Below, piece after piece: positions 53,588 to 54,405 of a stretch of DNA of 54,405 bases. Numbering within the stretch: position 1 is the first letter of the stretch; every line of letters starts with the position of its first letter. This DNA comes from Pseudomonadales bacterium (GTDB lineage: Bacteria; Pseudomonadota; Gammaproteobacteria; Pseudomonadales; Pseudohongiellaceae), in the NCBI GenBank assembly GCA_031260485.1, contig JAIRJU010000067.1, forward strand, positions 1-54,405. The letters run 5' to 3'. Position numbers and translations under genes: made by a program. Below the pieces are notes generated by a model. That model did no database searches. It saw only the letters and a program-made list of their open reading frames with translations, and was not told the origin of the DNA.

Positions 53588-54405
53588 ATGAACAGCAGCA
53601 AACCCTTGCAGGGGCTCGTGATATTCGCGGTGGCGCTGGCGCTATGTGTGGTGATTCTCGGCGCCTTCACGCGCCTGCGGGATGCGGGCCTTGGCTGCCC
53701 GGATTGGCCCACGTGCTATGGCCATCTCGTCTGGCCGCAAACGCCCGAGCAGATTGCAGCCGCCACCGCGCAATTTCCCGATGCGCCATTTGAAGTACAC
53801 AAGGCGTGGCCGGAAGTGGTGCATCGGTATTTTGCCAGCACGCTGGGCTTGGTGATCGTGCTCATCGCCGTGCTGGCATGGCGGCGGCGTCAGAACCTGG
53901 AACAACCAGTCAAATTGCCGCTGCTGTTGTTGTGCCTGGTGATTGCGCAAGGCTTGTTCGGCATGTGGACAGTCACGCTGAAGCTGTGGCCGCAAGTCGT
54001 CACCGCGCATTTGCTGGGCGGCTTTACCACGCTGGCGCTGCTGTGGTTGCTGCATTTGCGATTGACGCGCCAGCGCTGGCCAGCGCCGAGCGGGGCATTG
54101 CATCACTGGCAGGCGCTGCGGCCCTGGGCGCTCGTGGGGCTGTTGCTGGTCATCGCGCAAATCATGCTTGGCGGCTGGACCAGCAGCAACTATGCCGCCT
54201 TCGCCTGCCCTGATTTGCCTACGTGCCAGGCACGCTGGTGGCCCATGATGGATGCGAAGAGCGGTTTCAATATCTTCCAGGAAATCGGCCCCAACTATCT
54301 CGGCGGCCAGCTCGACGGCGCCGCGCGTGTGGCGATTCACATGGGGCATCGCATCGGCGCGATCATCGTGAGCGTATACCTGCTGTTTTTGCTGTCGCGC
54401 CTCTA
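53588..54405 (+). CDS. ctaA: haem A synthase CtaA/COX15, N-terminal ~272 codons (runs off the right edge)
   Basis: ATG 53588 follows AGGAG. My translation reads MNSSKPLQGLVIFAVALALCVVILGAFTRLRDAGLGCPDWPTCYGHL...HRYFAS...ACPDLPTC...HMGHRIGA, showing paired Cys and His motifs. It is not in the track because it has no stop. Confidence 0.85.
   Translation, partial: MNSSKPLQGLVIFAVALALCVVILGAFTRLRDAGLGCPDWPTCYGHLVWPQTPEQIAAATAQFPDAPFEVHKAWPEVVHRYFASTLGLVIVLIAVLAWRRRQNLEQPVKLPLLLLCLVIAQGLFGMWTVTLKLWPQVVTAHLLGGFTTLALLWLLHLRLTRQRWPAPSGALHHWQALRPWALVGLLLVIAQIMLGGWTSSNYAAFACPDLPTCQARWWPMMDAKSGFNIFQEIGPNYLGGQLDGAARVAIHMGHRIGAIIVSVYLLFLLSRL

Overview
GC-rich, origin-proximal chromosomal segment of a Gammaproteobacterium. 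From memory, the gene order is close to the Pseudomonas origin region. Minus strand: uvrD, glmS, glmU, atpCDGAHFEBI, parB, parA, rsmG, mnmG. A ~700 bp DnaA-box/AT-rich spacer (putative oriC) follows. Then dnaA-dnaN-recF-gyrB on the plus strand; plsC-gmhB-glySQ (minus); lpxL-like (plus); rsmB-fmt-def (minus); dprA, hemF, aroE (plus). The window ends with an aa3-type cytochrome c oxidase cluster: coxB-ctaD-ctaG-ctaE, a DUF2909-like gene, SURF1, an SCO-like gene and ctaA (truncated at the right edge). About 85% of the window is ordinary core genome, and I do not see a complete multi-gene novel system such as a defence island. The features that stand out are: (1) fmt carries a single in-frame TAG at a conserved Tyr codon. 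(2) A RelE/HigB-like toxin and its XRE-type antitoxin are fused in one 249-codon frame, with an internal RBS and ATG for the antitoxin. (3) A 5 x 14 bp tandem array sits on the start region of an RpiR/HexR-like regulator that has no canonical start codon for its conserved N-terminus. (4) A TonB-dependent receptor plus an exported alkaline-phosphatase-superfamily enzyme lie between def and dprA, behind an AT-rich perfect palindrome. (5) An orphan HTH protein sits behind a perfect TGTGA-N6-TCACA site. (6) A low-GC orphan membrane gene splits glmU from glmS. (7) A nested palindromic element lies between gyrB and plsC, and a ~41 nt module recurs at the 3' ends of uvrD, plsC and, in degenerate form, atpC. 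(8) Two parS-type palindromes lie inside recF. (9) Many intergenic spacers contain short tandem or direct repeats. All family assignments rest on motif recognition by eye; no searches were run.
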